A stretch of 42,711 bases of DNA from Fimbriimonadales bacterium (GTDB lineage Bacteria > Armatimonadota > Fimbriimonadia > Fimbriimonadales > JABRVX01), in assembly GCA_045862955.1 (NCBI GenBank), contig BTVI01000027.1, forward strand, positions 1 to 42,711. The letters are read 5' to 3'. The notes below the pieces were generated by a model, which was not told where the DNA came from, searched no databases, and saw only the letters and a program-made list of their open reading frames with translations. Shown one piece after another: positions 18,902-28,231 of the stretch (positions within the stretch are counted from its first letter, which is position 1; the number at the start of each line of letters is the position of its first letter). Made by a program: the position numbers and the translations under genes.

Positions 18902-20002
18902 CTACCCGCCGTAGGTGCACTCGCGGGCTGCCTCGGCGTAGGCTTGCAGGTTCTCCGGCGGCACGTGGAAGAAGTGATCGCTCGGGCTCATAATATAACC
19001 ACCCCCGGGACCGTACGCCTCGAACAGCTCGTGGATGTGGCGACGGACATCCTCCTGTGTACCGACCTCCAGTACGGTGTTCTGGTCTAGTCCGCCTATC
19101 AGCGCCACCTTGTCGCCGATTCGCTGCTTGAGTTCCTTGGGACGGGCATCACCACCCATGCTCGGAGGCGTGAGGGTCTCGGATGCGTCGCAGCCGTTCT
19201 CCACGATCAGCTCCAGGATCGGCATCATGCCACCGCAGGTGTGATACACCACCTTGTGCCCGAGTGAGTGGAGCAGGTCGTGCATCTTGCGGTCATAGGG
19301 GATGCAAAACTCTTTGAAATATCTCGGGGAGATGACCGTGGAGGACGCGGCACCGCCACCCGTCTCGATCAGGTCGTACTTGGCGCCAGCGAGGCTCTCG
19401 TGGATGAAACGCTCCTTCTTCCGCCACAGCACTTCCAGGAAGTAGTGCACCCAATCCGGGTCGTCGGCGGCCGCCATGATCATCTGTTCGGTGCCCATGA
19501 GACAGGTGGCGTCCTGCCAGCATCCACCTTGGTATCCCCACACGAAGCCCCGCATGATGCCGTCGTCGCCCAGCTCGTCATAGTCGCGAGCCAGCGCCTC
19601 TTTGTCCAGCTTGGGGACGGGCATGTACTTGTCGACGAGCTCCACGTCTTCCGGCTTCTTGACCAGGTATTCGATGGTCCAGCGCGTGATGGGGTTTTCT
19701 CCCTCCAGGGTCTCCAGGGTTCCCCCGGGAGTGGTGACGGTGGTGAGGAACCTGCGCTCGCCTTCGGGTGCGGGGACTTCACGTCTCTCGGTGACCCATT
19801 CGGGCGAATCCATCGGGAGCATGGGGCTTCGCGGTATGGCGGCGTCCAAGCCGAACCGGCGGAATGCCTCGAGGTCGGAGATGCCGCCGAGGTAGGTGTT
19901 CAGATGAAAAGGCTGCCACTGGTGCACGGAGGCCGGCACGCGGTCTGGCACTTCGAGGTTCAGGGCGGTCATCATCCGCTCTTTGGAGGTCATCGGTTTC
20001 AT
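18902..20002 (-). CDS. Uroporphyrinogen decarboxylase-like (UroD/MtaA-CmuA superfamily) protein
   Basis: MTSKER, PDRVP, ISP..F.EF..PY, YHTCG, GGLDQ; start at 20002 or 19993. Confidence 0.85.
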   Translation of the reverse strand: MKPMTSKERMMTALNLEVPDRVPASVHQWQPFHLNTYLGGISDLEAFRRFGLDAAIPRSPMLPMDSPEWVTERREVPAPEGERRFLTTVTTPGGTLETLEGENPITRWTIEYLVKKPEDVELVDKYMPVPKLDKEALARDYDELGDDGIMRGFVWGYQGGCWQDATCLMGTEQMIMAAADDPDWVHYFLEVLWRKKERFIHESLAGAKYDLIETGGGAASSTVISPRYFKEFCIPYDRKMHDLLHSLGHKVVYHTCGGMMPILELIVENGCDASETLTPPSMGGDARPKELKQRIGDKVALIGGLDQNTVLEVGTQEDVRRHIHELFEAYGPGGGYIMSPSDHFFHVPPENLQAYAEAARECTYGG

Positions 20003-20124
20003 CGCAGAGATTGTGGCAGAAGGCTCACGATTTATCCACACGCAGTGCAATGGACCTTGCGGCGTTGGTCGCTGGCCGGGATAGCTGGTACGATTCCGCC
20101 TAATCCAAAGGGGGAGGATTTCGA

Positions 20125-20544
20125 ATGGACAAGAGCAAAGTCATCGAGCTTCTGAACAAGTGTCTTGCGTGGGAGTACCGCGCGCATCTGCTCTATGCGC
20201 ACTACGCCGAGTTCGTCGGGGGGATCCACACGGCGTGGCTGAAGAGTCACTTCGAGGAGGAGGCCGAGGAGGCTATCGGGCACGCGGGGAAGGTTCGTGG
20301 CATCATCGCTCACCTGGACGGTGTGCCGACCGTCACGCCGGACCCGACGCCTATCCCGCACACGTTGAATGCCAAGGAGATGCTCCAGAACGCTCTAGCG
20401 ACCGAGAAGGGCGCGGCTGCGGCGTATGCCGAGGTGCTGCCGTTGCTCAAGGACGATCCCTGGGCGATGCATGACATCAGCCACATCTACATGGACGAAG
20501 TGAAGGCGGCGGAAGAGGTGGAGCAGATCCTGCGCGAGTCGTAG
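20125..20544 (+). CDS. Ferritin-like (bacterioferritin/Dps superfamily) protein
   Basis: LN..LA.EY.A...Y, EA.EA.GHA, E..A...Y, DE four-helix-bundle pattern; GGGGAGG RBS. Confidence 0.82.
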   Translation: MDKSKVIELLNKCLAWEYRAHLLYAHYAEFVGGIHTAWLKSHFEEEAEEAIGHAGKVRGIIAHLDGVPTVTPDPTPIPHTLNAKEMLQNALATEKGAAAAYAEVLPLLKDDPWAMHDISHIYMDEVKAAEEVEQILRES

Positions 20545-20773
20545 GGCTGGCTAGCCCGGGTTGTGGTTTGGGCGCCTCCGCGGCTCTTGCCGCGGAGGCG
20601 CCCTTAGTATCTGCCGAAGCGATGCACCGTCCGGGGCATGGAGGTTGGTGCGCGGGCGCGGTCCTTGGGGTGGAGGCAGGCCGTCGGTAGTTGCTGGTCG
20701 GCGGACGCGGGCCGGGGCATGCAATAGGCAGGGAGGCGAAGTGCCGATGGGGAACGTTGGGTCGGAGGATGCC

Positions 20774-21625
20774 ATGCAAGAGACAAGAGCCGGCATGACC
20801 CGACGCGAGGTGCTGCGAGCCGGGCTGAGCCTCGCGGCGGGAACGGTGCTAGCACGTATCGGACTGGCTACCCAGCAACCGCAAAAGGAGAAGCGCAGGA
20901 TGGTTCATATCGGGATACAGAGTTACTGCCTGAGGGACTTGCCCTGGCAGCAAGCCATGGAACGGGCGAAGGCGCTCGGAGTGAATGCGTGGGAGGTCTT
21001 CCCGGGTCACATCCCAACCACGCTAGACGAGAACGCGGACAAGGCGAGGAGCACCCTAGCAGCAGCCAAGATGGCAATGCCTAACTATGGCGTGATCGCC
21101 CTCGGCGATGATCCGGAGGCCGACCGCAAGCAGTTCGAGTTCGCCAAGCGGATGGGCATCTCCGTCCTTACCGCCGACCCCAATCCGGCACAAATGCAGC
21201 GGGTGTCCGCACTCGTGCAGGAGTTCGGCATTGCCGTAGCCATCCACAACCATGGGCCCAAGGCTCGCTACGACCGCGTGGAAGACGTGGAGCGGGTGCT
21301 GGCAGGTACGCCGGCCAAAATCGGCGCGTGCGTGGACACGGGTCACTTCATCCGCTCTGGCGAGGACCCGGTCGCGGCTCTGCGGGCATTCGGCAAGAAG
21401 GTGCTTGCGATCCACCTGAAGGACTACTTGGACGTCGACACGGAGACGGTGCTGGGCGAAGGCAAGCTGGATGTGGACGCGACGATGCGTGCCGTCAAAG
21501 AGATCGGCTTCGAAGGTCTGATCGCCGTGGAGTACGAACCGGACCCGAAGGGCGAAGGCGATGCGCTGAAGCGCTGCCTGGAGATCGCTCGGGCCTCTGC
21601 GCGGAAGGCTGGATTGATCGAGTAG
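20774..21625 (+). CDS. Tat-exported sugar phosphate isomerase/epimerase (xylose isomerase-like TIM barrel)
   Basis: TRREVL twin-arginine signal, IGIQSY.LR, IHNHG, DTGH, HLKD, VEYE; GGAGG RBS. Confidence 0.85.
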   Translation: MQETRAGMTRREVLRAGLSLAAGTVLARIGLATQQPQKEKRRMVHIGIQSYCLRDLPWQQAMERAKALGVNAWEVFPGHIPTTLDENADKARSTLAAAKMAMPNYGVIALGDDPEADRKQFEFAKRMGISVLTADPNPAQMQRVSALVQEFGIAVAIHNHGPKARYDRVEDVERVLAGTPAKIGACVDTGHFIRSGEDPVAALRAFGKKVLAIHLKDYLDVDTETVLGEGKLDVDATMRAVKEIGFEGLIAVEYEPDPKGEGDALKRCLEIARASARKAGLIE

Positions 21626-21636
21626 GCGGATAGAGG

Positions 21637-24600
21637 TCAGTCGTGGACGTGGACGGCCGAGGGGCCGAACAGCGTGCGCAGGCGATCCAGCAGGTCCTTA
21701 GTCGGCGTGACCGAGTGCGGGGTCACGAAGCGGGACCGGGTGCCGTTCTTTTGGACGTACACGAGCACATGGTAGTCGCCGGGGTGACTGCGTAACCCGG
21801 CGTCGGCCTCGCGTAGCTGCTCGAGGGTGGCGCGGCTGAGGTTGATGACGATGGAGGGTCCCGTCAGAGCCTCGACTCCCTGCGCCTCGAACCGGTCCAT
21901 ACTCTCGACTCGGACTTCCACCTCGGCGGTGCCGCCGTTGCCCGGGCGCTCACGGTGCATCGTGCGCCCGCGCACTAGCACCACGGCACCCTTCTGCAGC
22001 ATCTCGTTGCAGCGCTCCAAGACCGCTGGAAAGACGGCGAAGGTCACGTGACCGGTCAAGTCTTCCAGCACGCCGGTGGCCATCTGCTCGTTTCGGGTCT
22101 TGGTGCGGAATCGCTTCACGGAGGCGATGACTCCGCCGAGGGTGACCAGGGAGCCCTCCTCCATCTCGGCTAGCTGGTCCACGGTCGCCGTGACCGCGCC
22201 CTCCAGGGCGAGCGCGACGGATCGCAGCGGGTGATCGGAGACGTAGATCCCCAGCACCTCTTTCTCCATGGAAAGGCGCTCCAGCCGACTGGGCTCTTCC
22301 ACTATGGGGAGCGATGGGTAGTCCACGACGCGGCCCGATGCTCTCACGTCGCCGAAGAGCGCTTCTTGGCCCGCTTGCCGATCCCGGTTTACCTTCTCTG
22401 CATATTCGCAGATGGTCTTGACGCCCTCTTGGAGCTGGCGGCGATTGGGATGCAAGGAGTCGAAAGCTCCCGCCTTGATGAGTGCCTCGAGGAGAGAGCG
22501 GTTGAAACCCCTGGCCGCCCGGGTACGGTCTGCGAAGTCGAAGACGTTCTCGAACGGTCCGCCTTGTTCGCGAGCCTTGAGGATCGTCTCCACCGCTGCC
22601 TCACCGACCCCTTTGATTGCGCCGAGGCCGAAACGCACAGCATCACCTTCGACGGTGAAGTCCACCGAGCTGTGGTTCACGTCCGGTGGTAGCACCTTCA
22701 CGCCGAGGCGTCGGCATTCTTCGATCTGGGCCGTGACCTTGTCTTCCTTGGCGCGATAGCAGGCGAGCAGTGCGGCCATGTACTCCACCGGGTAGTTGGC
22801 CTTCATGTAGGCGGTGCGATAAGACAGCGCGGCGTAGCAGTAGGCATGTGCCTTATTGAAGGCATATCCGGCGAAGGGCTCGATCAGCGCCCATATCTCC
22901 TCGGCCTTTTCTCGGGGGATGCCGCGCTCTTGTGCGCCTTGGTAGAACATGGCGGTCATGCGCTCCATGTCCTCTTTCTTCTTCTTTCCCATCGCGCGAC
23001 GCAGCACGTCGGCCTGTCCCAGCGTGAAGCCTGCGACCGCTTGCACGATTTGCAGCACCTGATCCTGGAACACGATGACGCCGAAGGTGGGCTTCAGGAT
23101 TGGCTCGAGGCATGGATGGAGGTACTTGGCGGGGGCGCCGTGCTTCCCGGCTGCGTACTCGCCTATGTGATCCACCGGCCCGGGTCGAAACAGGGCCACG
23201 AGCGCGGCGAGCTCATCCAGATTGCCTGGCTTCACCTGCAGGATGGCGCGCCTCATGCCGGGGCTTTCGAGCTGAAAGACTCCCGTTGTCTCGCCCTTCT
23301 GCAGCATGGCGTACGTCTTTGCGTCGTCGAAGGGGATGTCTTCCACGCGCAGTTCGAGTCCCCGTGTTCGGCGCACGTTTTCGATCGCTTTGGCTAAGAC
23401 GGACAGGTTGGCCAGGCCCAGGAAATCCATTTTTAGCAGGCCGAGCCAACCGAGGGAGTTCATGTCGTACTGGGTAATGAGTTCGCCGTTGCCACCTTTG
23501 GTCAGGGGAACGTTCTCGACGAGGGGATCTCGGGAGATGACCACGCCCGCCGCGTGCGTGCCGGCGTTTCTGACCAGCCCCTCCACCCCCATAGCGGTGT
23601 CGAGCAGCTTCCGCATGTCGCCGCCCGAGTCGTAGATGCGCTTGAGCTCGGGAACTTCTTGCAGCGCGCGCTCGATAGTCATCGGCTCTGTGGCCGTTCC
23701 AGAGGGGATCAGCTTGGCCACGCGGTCTACGTCGGGAAGGGGCAGTGCGAGCGCACGGCCGGCATCTCGAATGGCCGCCTTCGCTGCCATCGTGCCGAAG
23801 GTGATGATTTGCGCGACGTGCTCGGCTCCGTACAGGTCCACCACGTAGCGGATCACCTCGTCGCGGCGCTCGTCCTCGAAGTCCATATCTATGTCCGGCA
23901 TGGAGAGGCGTTCGGGGTTGAGGAAGCGCTCGAAGGTAAGGCCGTAGCGAATGGGGTCGAGCTCGGTGATGCCCAACAGATAGCTCGTCAGGCTGCCGGC
24001 AGCAGAGCCTCGCACCCCGAAGTAGATACCGGACTTGCGCGCGAACTCGGTGAAATCGCGAACGATGAGGAAGTAATCGCTGAAACCAGTTCGCTCGATC
24101 ACCGAGAGCTCATAGTCCAACCTCTCGCGCACCTCGTCCGGGGTGTTGGGGAACTTTTCGGCGAGGCCGCGATAGCAGAGGTCCACCACGTGCTGGTGAG
24201 GAGTAACACCTTCCGGAAGGCCCGGGCACGGGAGCTGAAGCCGCTCTGCGCTCAACTCCACATCGCACCTCTCGGCGATCTCCAGCGTTCTTTCTACGGC
24301 GCCTGGGTCGTCCTTGAACAGGTCGTACATCTCGCGCGGGGACTTCAGATAGAACTCGTTCGTGTCGAACTTCAGCTTCCGGCTTTCGTCCTTCACCGTG
24401 GCGTTGGTCTGGATGCACAGCATTACGTCGTGCACTCCGGCGTCCTCGCGCATCAGGTAGTGCACGTCGTTCGAGCAGATGACGGGGATGTGGAGCTGCT
24501 GCGCGATGCGGCGAAGATGTTCGTTGACGAGCCGCTGCTCCTCCAGCCTGTGGTCTTGCAGCTCGATGTAGTAGTTCTCGGCGCCGAAGATGTCCCGGTA

Positions 24601-25083
24601 CTCGGCGACGCACTCCTTACCCGCTTCGTACCCTTCGGCGATGATCTTGCGACAGACCTCGCCCGAAAGACAGGTAGAGGTGCCGATGAGGCCTTCTGCG
24701 TGTTCGGCCAGCACCGTCTTGTCTATGCGCGGGCGCATGTAGAAGCCCTCGATAGCAGCGATGGTGCTGAGCTTCATGAGGTTCTTGTAGCCGGTCCGGT
24801 TCTTGGCAAGGAGCAGGAGGTGGTGCCGAACCTGGGCCAGCTTGCCGGACTTGTTCTTCATCCCGTGCGGCGCGATGTACGCTTCCAGGCCGATGATGGG
24901 TCGGATGTCCTCCGCCTTACAAGCGTTGTAAAACTCCACCACGCCGTACATCGCGCCGTGGTCGGTGATGGCTAGAGCGGGCAGCTCTAGCTCTTTCGCA
25001 CGCCTGACGAGCTTCTTGATCGGCTGCGCTCCGTCGAGAAGGCTGTATTCGGTGTGGACGTGCAGGTGCGCGAAAGAGGACAA
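21637..25083 (-). CDS. dnaE: DNA polymerase III alpha subunit
   Basis: PHP domain HLHVHTEYSLLDG, AITDHG, RGSAAGS, PDIDMDF, KMDFLGL, GVFQLES, FAGYAFNKAH, OB fold; TTG start at 25083 after a GAAAGGA RBS. Confidence 0.97.
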   Translation of the reverse strand: MSSFAHLHVHTEYSLLDGAQPIKKLVRRAKELELPALAITDHGAMYGVVEFYNACKAEDIRPIIGLEAYIAPHGMKNKSGKLAQVRHHLLLLAKNRTGYKNLMKLSTIAAIEGFYMRPRIDKTVLAEHAEGLIGTSTCLSGEVCRKIIAEGYEAGKECVAEYRDIFGAENYYIELQDHRLEEQRLVNEHLRRIAQQLHIPVICSNDVHYLMREDAGVHDVMLCIQTNATVKDESRKLKFDTNEFYLKSPREMYDLFKDDPGAVERTLEIAERCDVELSAERLQLPCPGLPEGVTPHQHVVDLCYRGLAEKFPNTPDEVRERLDYELSVIERTGFSDYFLIVRDFTEFARKSGIYFGVRGSAAGSLTSYLLGITELDPIRYGLTFERFLNPERLSMPDIDMDFEDERRDEVIRYVVDLYGAEHVAQIITFGTMAAKAAIRDAGRALALPLPDVDRVAKLIPSGTATEPMTIERALQEVPELKRIYDSGGDMRKLLDTAMGVEGLVRNAGTHAAGVVISRDPLVENVPLTKGGNGELITQYDMNSLGWLGLLKMDFLGLANLSVLAKAIENVRRTRGLELRVEDIPFDDAKTYAMLQKGETTGVFQLESPGMRRAILQVKPGNLDELAALVALFRPGPVDHIGEYAAGKHGAPAKYLHPCLEPILKPTFGVIVFQDQVLQIVQAVAGFTLGQADVLRRAMGKKKKEDMERMTAMFYQGAQERGIPREKAEEIWALIEPFAGYAFNKAHAYCYAALSYRTAYMKANYPVEYMAALLACYRAKEDKVTAQIEECRRLGVKVLPPDVNHSSVDFTVEGDAVRFGLGAIKGVGEAAVETILKAREQGGPFENVFDFADRTRAARGFNRSLLEALIKAGAFDSLHPNRRQLQEGVKTICEYAEKVNRDRQAGQEALFGDVRASGRVVDYPSLPIVEEPSRLERLSMEKEVLGIYVSDHPLRSVALALEGAVTATVDQLAEMEEGSLVTLGGVIASVKRFRTKTRNEQMATGVLEDLTGHVTFAVFPAVLERCNEMLQKGAVVLVRGRTMHRERPGNGGTAEVEVRVESMDRFEAQGVEALTGPSIVINLSRATLEQLREADAGLRSHPGDYHVLVYVQKNGTRSRFVTPHSVTPTKDLLDRLRTLFGPSAVHVHD

Positions 25084-25286
25084 AGCGTGCTTCCTTTCTC
25101 GTCGTGTGAACTGGCTTGGAGACGGCGGGCCTTTGCAGGACCGTCGCGATAGGTGGTTCGACGGGCGGCCGTGGATTCCCCGTGGATTTTGCGAGATACA
25201 TGTCCAGCGTCCTGCCAGATATCGTTCATCGCCGGGACGGCGAGATGACACGTGTCTCCCGCCGGCGCGCGGAAGGGCTAGGACCC

Positions 25287-25315
25287 TTGACATGTAGACG
25301 CATGTCTGGTATAAT
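25287..25315 (+). promoter_or_regulatory. Consensus sigma70 promoter with overlapping inverted repeat GACATG-N6-CATGTC
   Basis: TTGACA 25287-25292, 17-bp spacer, TATAAT 25310-25315; inverted repeat at 25289-25306. Confidence 0.85.
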
Positions 25316-25408
25316 AGGTCCCAGCGTTGCTCGAAGAAGGGTTTCTAGCGGTACCCCCTTGGGCGACGGACGCTGCATCGAGTGAAAACCGGGCCGGCCC
25401 GGAGATTG

Positions 25409-25452
25409 GGAGGCCCTCGCCGAGGACGTCTCGGCGGGGGCTCCTTTTCTTT
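25409..25452 (+). terminator. Intrinsic terminator in the leader of the phage-like operon
   Basis: Stem GCCCTCGCCGAG / CTCGGCGGGGGC (one G-U) with GACGT loop, followed by TCC then TTTTCTTT. Confidence 0.75.
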
Positions 25453-25514
25453 GGAAGGGCTGGCCGGGTCGGACCCGTCCGAGCAGCTGGCAGCAACAAA
25501 GAACGGAGGCTGGA

Positions 25515-26498
25515 GTGCGCGAAGTAATCAAACAAGCGAAGCTCTTCGAGGCGGGGGACTACCCCGACAAGGGGCTGAGCGTCTCCGAGGAGGACCTCGA
25601 CGTGATGGCCCGTACCTCGGGCGAGGTGCCGCTGACCGTGGGCCATCTGGACCCGGATTCCGAGAATCCGCTGCGGCTGGGCACCGTGAGCAACCTGCAG
25701 CGGAAGGGCCGCGAGCTGTTCGGGGTGATTCGGTTCGCCCCGGAGGCCTGGGCGCTGCTGTTGCGATCCGGAGCGAAGTACCTTTCGGTGTGCCTCGACC
25801 GGCTGCGCAAGCGGCTGCTGGAGGTGTCACTGGTGGTGAGGCCGCGAGTGCGGGATGCACGCGTGCGATTCTCCGAGGGCGATGTCCCGGTTCGGATCGA
25901 CGTGCCGTTCGACTCGACTCTGGACGATAGGACGGGGGCCGTTCGGGCGGCGATCTACGATGCTTTCGGCCCGGAGGTATGGGTGCCCGAGGTGTACGAG
26001 GACCATGCCATCGTGGAGCGTGGGGCCGAGCTGCTTAAGGTGCCCTATCGCTTCACGCGGGACGGCGCGGTACGGCTGGGGCGCGGGAAGCGGGTCGAGC
26101 GGCGGTACGTGCCTTTGAGCGCAGAGGACGTGCGCTCACGCAGGCCAGCCGAGGGTTCGCTCTCGCAGGCCAGGCTGCGCTCCGAGGCGGAAGAGCGGAT
26201 CGAGCAGTGGCGGCGAGGGGGGCGTATCACGCCTGCTACCGAGGAGTACGCACGGAGGTTGCTGCTACACGCCCCGCCGGAGACCCGGCGCATGTTCATG
26301 GACTTCGTCGAGGCTCAGCCGGAGAGCATTCTGTTCACCCAGGTCACGCCATTCGCCATGAGCGAGGAGGAGCCGCTGCCGGAGCTGGAGCCGGCCGAGG
26401 CGGCGCTGTGCGAGCGCTTCGGAATCGGGCTGGACGAGTATCGGCGCATCAAACACAGCGCCCAGGGGAACCACCGATACACAGGAAGGAGGGCATAG
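25515..26498 (+). CDS. Mu-like prohead protease/scaffold (gpI-like)
   Basis: F.AG.Y, EEDLD, PL.VGH, G.V..L...G..L, KYLSV, C-terminal GRITPA; upstream of decoration and capsid genes; GGAGG RBS. Confidence 0.75.
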   Translation: MREVIKQAKLFEAGDYPDKGLSVSEEDLDVMARTSGEVPLTVGHLDPDSENPLRLGTVSNLQRKGRELFGVIRFAPEAWALLLRSGAKYLSVCLDRLRKRLLEVSLVVRPRVRDARVRFSEGDVPVRIDVPFDSTLDDRTGAVRAAIYDAFGPEVWVPEVYEDHAIVERGAELLKVPYRFTRDGAVRLGRGKRVERRYVPLSAEDVRSRRPAEGSLSQARLRSEAEERIEQWRRGGRITPATEEYARRLLLHAPPETRRMFMDFVEAQPESILFTQVTPFAMSEEEPLPELEPAEAALCERFGIGLDEYRRIKHSAQGNHRYTGRRA

Positions 26499-26499
26499 G

Positions 26500-26934
26500 T
26501 TGGCGGCACTCACATCCGAGCGAAACCACCCCATCAAGGACGGTCTCATTGTCAGTCTGAAGATGGCAGCTGTGAAGATCTTCAAGGGTGCTATGGTAGG
26601 CATGACGGCGGAGAGCGTGGCAGGAGTGCCTGACACCGGCTACGTCACCAATCTCGCGACGGGCACGACGAACCCGATGCTCTTCATGGGGGTCGCGGAG
26701 GAGACCGTGGACAACAGCGCCGGACAAGCAGGGGCGAAGGCTATCCGCGTGCGACGGTCCGGCAGGTTCGTGTTTTCGCGATCGGGAGCCTCTCAGGCAG
26801 ATGTCGGGCGGGAGTTCTACGCATCCGATAACCAGACACTCACTACTACCTCCACCAAGAACGCGAAGGTCGGCAAGTGCGTCGGCTACGTGGACGCCGC
26901 GCGCCTCGAGGTGGACATCTCCAATTACACCTAG
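26500..26934 (+). CDS. Capsid decoration/cement protein, Mu-like phage type
   Basis: MAALTSERN, KIFKGAMVG, GVAEETVDNS.G.AG, DVG...YASD.QT pattern; typical position between protease and capsid genes. Confidence 0.7.
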   Translation: MAALTSERNHPIKDGLIVSLKMAAVKIFKGAMVGMTAESVAGVPDTGYVTNLATGTTNPMLFMGVAEETVDNSAGQAGAKAIRVRRSGRFVFSRSGASQADVGREFYASDNQTLTTTSTKNAKVGKCVGYVDAARLEVDISNYT

Positions 26935-26988
26935 GCCGAACACCACGCACGGTAGACCTCAGGATCACACTCATAAAGGGGGATCATC

Positions 26989-27954
26989 ATGCCTGTCACC
27001 GACAGTGACATTCAAGGCTTCATTGCGCCGGTATTGCGCAACGACTTCTTCGAGGCATACTTCCAGGCGTTAGAGGGCGACGTCCAGCGAGCCATTGACC
27101 TGCTCGCCACCACCGTACCCATCTCCGGAAACATTGCGCGCTTCCCTTTCGTCGGGGACGTTCCGGAGATGACGCGCTGGACCGACGAACGGGCCTACGA
27201 TGCCTTCAACACTTACAATTACACCGTGACGCTGGGCGATCCGTGGGAGGAGACTGTCGCCATCAAGCGCACTGCTCTACGGGACGACATGACGGGTCAA
27301 CTCCGGCAGCGAGCGCGGGACTTGGGTGCTTTGCCTATCAGTGCACGGCTCAAGCAACTGATAGCTGCCCTAGAGGCCGGAGTTAGCACACCTTGCTACG
27401 ACGGGAAGAGCTTCTTTGCATCCGACCATCCGGTGCGCAATCTGTCTGGAGCAGCGGACACTGCAGCGAATGTCGGCAGCGCCGATCTAGGGACGGATGC
27501 GATCGAGGCGGTGATCGAAGCGATGCGTTCGTTCACTTCCGACCAAGGGAAGCCGCTGGCGGTCACGCCTTCTCACCTGCTGGTAGGTCCGAAGCTGGAG
27601 TGGCGCGCTCGCAAGCTGCTGGAATCTCCTATCGTGGTAGTGAACGTCGGCGAGGGAACTGTGGGAACCGGCGCGACGGCTGCAACGCCCTACAAGAACG
27701 TTCTGCAAGGACAGCTCGAGTTGATCGTGTCGCCCTGGATCGACAACTATCACTGGTACGTGTTGGACCTGACCAAGTCCGCGAAGCCGCTGGTGTTAGT
27801 GACCGAGTCGGGGGAGCCGGTGGAGTTTCAGTACCTAGAGCAGGGTAGCGAGCATGCCTTCAAGCGGGACGAGTTCGTGTTCGGGGTGCGTGACCGCTTC
27901 GAGGTGGGATACGGGTTGTGGCAGCTCGCCTACTACCAGGCGGGAACGGGCTAG
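26989..27954 (+). CDS. Mu-like prophage major head subunit gpT
   Basis: GDVPEM..W..ER, E.TVAIKR...DD..G, CYDGKSFFASDHP, P..LLVGP.LE..AR, WYVLD..K..KP, FVFGV..R..VGYG.WQLAY. Confidence 0.92.
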   Translation: MPVTDSDIQGFIAPVLRNDFFEAYFQALEGDVQRAIDLLATTVPISGNIARFPFVGDVPEMTRWTDERAYDAFNTYNYTVTLGDPWEETVAIKRTALRDDMTGQLRQRARDLGALPISARLKQLIAALEAGVSTPCYDGKSFFASDHPVRNLSGAADTAANVGSADLGTDAIEAVIEAMRSFTSDQGKPLAVTPSHLLVGPKLEWRARKLLESPIVVVNVGEGTVGTGATAATPYKNVLQGQLELIVSPWIDNYHWYVLDLTKSAKPLVLVTESGEPVEFQYLEQGSEHAFKRDEFVFGVRDRFEVGYGLWQLAYYQAGTG

Positions 27955-27955
27955 C

Positions 27956-28231
27956 ATGCAGTTGGACTGGCAGGTAGGGTTGCAGTGGCTTGCGCTGTTA
28001 GGTTTGGGTGGCGTGCTGGGGGCGTTAGTCGCGCTGGCCTCGGCCACTGCTCGCCTGCGCGCACACTGGAACACCCTTCGGGAGGCACTCACCCCTTACT
28101 TGGAGTGGCGACGAGAGGAAGGCGACGAGACGGCCCGGCTGCTGCTGGAGGCCGTCGGCTCCGTGGAGACGGACATGCAGGCCGCGTCGAAGGCTCTGCG
28201 CGACCTGCAGGAGCGCCTGCGCAAGCGATGA
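27956..28231 (+). CDS. Small membrane protein with C-terminal coiled coil (possible lysis component)
   Basis: N-terminal TM helix, helical charged tail; abuts the capsid stop. Confidence 0.55.
   Translation: MQLDWQVGLQWLALLGLGGVLGALVALASATARLRAHWNTLREALTPYLEWRREEGDETARLLLEAVGSVETDMQAASKALRDLQERLRKR

Noticed and set aside
18902..20002. hemE (true uroporphyrinogen decarboxylase)
   Set aside because: Lacks the RQAGR motif; has the HxCG motif of the MtaA/CmuA-like branch.
25084..25293. 70-aa N-terminal extension of DnaE in the ORF track
   Set aside because: Homology starts at SFAHLHVH; the TTG at 25083 has an RBS, and the extension overlaps the regulatory region.
25310..25400. Purine riboswitch (TATAAT...GTTTCTA) or tRNA at the cluster boundary
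   Set aside because: Spacing and P2/P3 loop motifs do not fit, TATAAT is better explained as the -10 box, and no cloverleaf or T-loop is present.
26989..27954. Encapsulin nanocompartment (with the ferritin-like gene as cargo)
   Set aside because: The sequence matches Mu gpT with protease, adaptor and tail genes; the ferritin-like gene is more than 6 kb away, beyond dnaE, with no visible targeting peptide.
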